Assembly: GCA_965644495.1 (NCBI GenBank)
Contig: CBFFSA010000059.1
Coordinates: 1-49,198, forward strand
From: Perkinsela sp. CCAP 1560/9
Lineage: Eukaryota > Protista > Euglenozoa: Kinetoplastea
Direction of reading: 5' to 3'
DNA length: 49,198 nt
The notes below the pieces were generated by a model. That model was not told the origin of the DNA. It saw nothing but the letters and a program-made list of their open reading frames with translations, and searched no databases. The translations under genes were made by a program, and so were the position numbers. Each line of letters starts with the position of its first letter. Position 1 is the first letter of the stretch. Positions 46,644 to 49,198 of the stretch are shown one piece after another.

Positions 46644-48544
46644 TTATAAATAATCTTGGCGTAGATTTTTTAATACATTTGTAATTACATCATGCATTGG
46701 TTAGGTACAGTTTGTCGAAATAAACAAATACTGGGATACCATAACGGCACATCACTATCATTTAACCAATACCACTTGGCAGCAAATGGCAAGATTAAAT
46801 AAACCGGTTTATTCAATGCACCTGCAATATGTGCAACTGTATTATCTGCAGTCATTACAACATCCATTTTTTGAATCACAGCACACAGTATTTCAATATC
46901 ACGGGTACCAATATCATGTAGCCCAAGCTTCTCTCCCACTTGATACTGTTTTTGATTTTGATAAGGCGTAATATTAAACATTGCCCCTTGTTCAACATGT
47001 TTTGCAATGGTTGCAAACACTGAAAATGGTACATCTTGTGCAGGATTGGGTAACGCAGCACGTTCCCAAGATAGTCCTATTTTATATTTCTGTGATGGAT
47101 ACCGCTGCAACATGTTTTCCCAAGTATGCAATTGATCTGGATTAACAGGCAAATAAGGAAATTGATCTGGAATCGTATCAACCGTTGTATCAAATACTGT
47201 TGGTAATGTACTCAACGCTACTTGCAAATCGATTGGCATTATTTTAGTAAGATCGGTACTAAGCAACCAAACCTTTTCCACTTCCTCCATTTTTTCTAGT
47301 AATGGTAGTAACCTAACTGGAGACGTTACTACAATCCGTCTTCCATATTGGGTTAATAGTGGAATATAACGTAACAATAAAATAGCTTCTTCGATTTCAG
47401 TATCAACATATACTAATAGTACTTTCCCAGGGAAAACCCCACCTTGCCAACGAGGATAATCATAATCGATAGCAGCATTATGTCGCTGATACTCACTGCG
47501 TTGTTGCCAACCGGTTTGATACTCACCAATACTCAGTAATGCATCACTTAGTACATTTGAAACAACAAGATGACTCGTTGACAATTGTAGTGCGCGCTGA
47601 TAACTCTTCACTGCTTTTTGAGGATGATTTTGTAATAACAAATTGCCAGCAAAATGTACATAAAAATCTGCTTGCGTATTATCTAATGTTAATGCTTGTC
47701 GCATTGCCACATTACCACTACCAAAACAATAACGGTATTGCAATGCAACCGACAAATTTGCATAGGCTAATGCATTTTCTTCATCAAACTCAATGGCTTT
47801 TTCAAAACTGTGTTGTGCCAATTTAAATTGGCGTTGATTTAGCGCATTAATACCATAATAAGTATATACAGTTGATGAATTGCTATTAATAGCTAATGCA
47901 CGTTTTAAATAATTATCTGCTTCGTGGTAATGATACAAATACGTATGTGCCTGCCCAAGATTGACGATAGCTTCATAATAAGTCACATCAAATTGTAATG
48001 CATGATTAAATTGAGAAATAGCTTCTTGATATTGCTGACGACTCAAATAAATACAACCTAATAAATTATACGCAGGTGCCAATGTTGGGTACGCATGGAT
48101 CCAATTGACTGTACTCTTTTGCGCTAAATCCAATTCATTCTGCTGGTAATAACTTAAGCTTAAATACGCTAACGATTCAGCATGCTTTGGTTCAATGGTT
48201 AATGCATTTTGATAGTAAGTAATCGCATCATCAAGTTCACCTAACTGATGATAACATCTTGCTAATTGAAAAAAACTCTCACAAGCAGTAGGTGTTAATC
48301 GACACGCTTCTAATAAATAATCTTTTGCCTGAATAAACTGATTGTGTTGTAAGAAAGCCAAGCCAATATTGTAATATCCTTCACCCAAATCGGCTGCTTG
48401 TGTAACTATTCGTAATAAATCATCTTCAGTAATATTGATATTTTCAGATTGAACAACTTGCAATGCCTGAGCAAACAGCACTTGTTGCTGTTGCGATAGG
48501 GATGAAGTGTTATGTGCAGTTGTTTCGGATGCCGTCTGTTCCAT
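46644..48544 (-). CDS. TPR-repeat protein with C-terminal glycosyltransferase-9-like domain; 1-nt deletion near 46695
   Basis: Multiple TPRs; DVVMTADNTVAHIAGAL and WYPSICLFRQ motifs. Adding one G changes the end from PNQCMM* to PNQWHDVITNVLKNLRQDYL*. Confidence 0.85.
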
Positions 48545-48560
48545 AGCAATACAGTACCAA

Positions 48561-49198
48561 CTAAGGGGTTAAATCTCGTAAGCACTCTGGAACAGCCAAT
48601 GCACCAGCATGAATCGCTGCATTATAATAGCGTGTTGCAAATGATTTACGTTCTATGTCTTTCTGGCGAAATGTTGGCAAATTAGTATGTTTGCTTGCCA
48701 TTGTCGCTGACCACCAACCTGAAGGATAACACGGTTGTGGGAATTGTAATGTGTGTAACGATTTAAACTGTGCAGCATGCATATTAGCACGCATCTTTTG
48801 TATTAATGGTTTATGATACAAAGGCGATTCGCTTTGCTGAATTAACATTCCATCTTCAGTTAACACATTAAAGCAATCTTGATAAAACCGCTGAGTGAAT
48901 AATCCTTCTCCCGGTCCAATTGGATCAGTTGAATCTACAATAATCACATCTACACTATTGGGTTGTTCAATTGCTCTGTGTTGCATCCATTTGATCCCAT
49001 CAATAAAAGATAACGTTGCTCTGGGATCAGTATTTGATGCACATAATTCTGGGAAATACTGTTCAGCGAGTCGAGTAACTTGCTCGTCAATATCAATTAA
49101 ATGTGCCGATTGCACAACATCATGTTTTAATACTTCGTGCAATGTACCACAATCTCCACCCCCGATAATCACAACTTGTTGCGGTGCAGGATGGGTAA
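48561..49198 (-). CDS. speE: Spermidine synthase (5'-partial at window edge)
   Basis: IIGGGDCG, DVIIVDSTDPIGP and YPSGWWS motifs. Confidence 0.96.
   Translation of the reverse strand, partial: THPAPQQVVIIGGGDCGTLHEVLKHDVVQSAHLIDIDEQVTRLAEQYFPELCASNTDPRATLSFIDGIKWMQHRAIEQPNSVDVIIVDSTDPIGPGEGLFTQRFYQDCFNVLTEDGMLIQQSESPLYHKPLIQKMRANMHAAQFKSLHTLQFPQPCYPSGWWSATMASKHTNLPTFRQKDIERKSFATRYYNAAIHAGALAVPECLRDLTP

Overview
The window is a three-part mosaic. (1) Bases 1 to ~7350 are bacterial genomic-island/prophage-remnant DNA: small ORFs with Shine-Dalgarno sites, two tiny IS-derived MITEs with target-site duplications, a lambda-like cos region, a ParB-fused DNA adenine methyltransferase and a truncated terminase-small-subunit-like gene. 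(2) Bases ~7350-40487 are ~33 kb of eukaryote-type DNA: TA-flanked Tc1/mariner elements with long TIRs, their deletion derivatives, microsatellites and intronless leucine-rich-repeat (LRR) genes. This block includes a ~24 kb tandem array of 4.6 copies of a ~5.22 kb unit carrying a disrupted LRR gene fused to a Tc1 transposase tail. (3) Bases 40488-49198 are bacterial housekeeping DNA resembling a Legionellales/Coxiellaceae-type gammaproteobacterium (taxonomy is inference): pckA 5' half, cdd, purine nucleoside phosphorylase, deoC, nucleoside phosphorylase, rsmJ, OmpA-like lipoprotein, TIGR02444 protein, TPR protein and speE. The bacterial genes at both borders are cut at the junctions, and the two flanks come from unrelated loci. 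The main candidate discovery is an inter-domain bacterium/protist DNA chimera. It could be symbiont DNA integrated in a protist chromosome, host DNA in a symbiont chromosome, or an assembly chimera; sequence alone cannot decide which.
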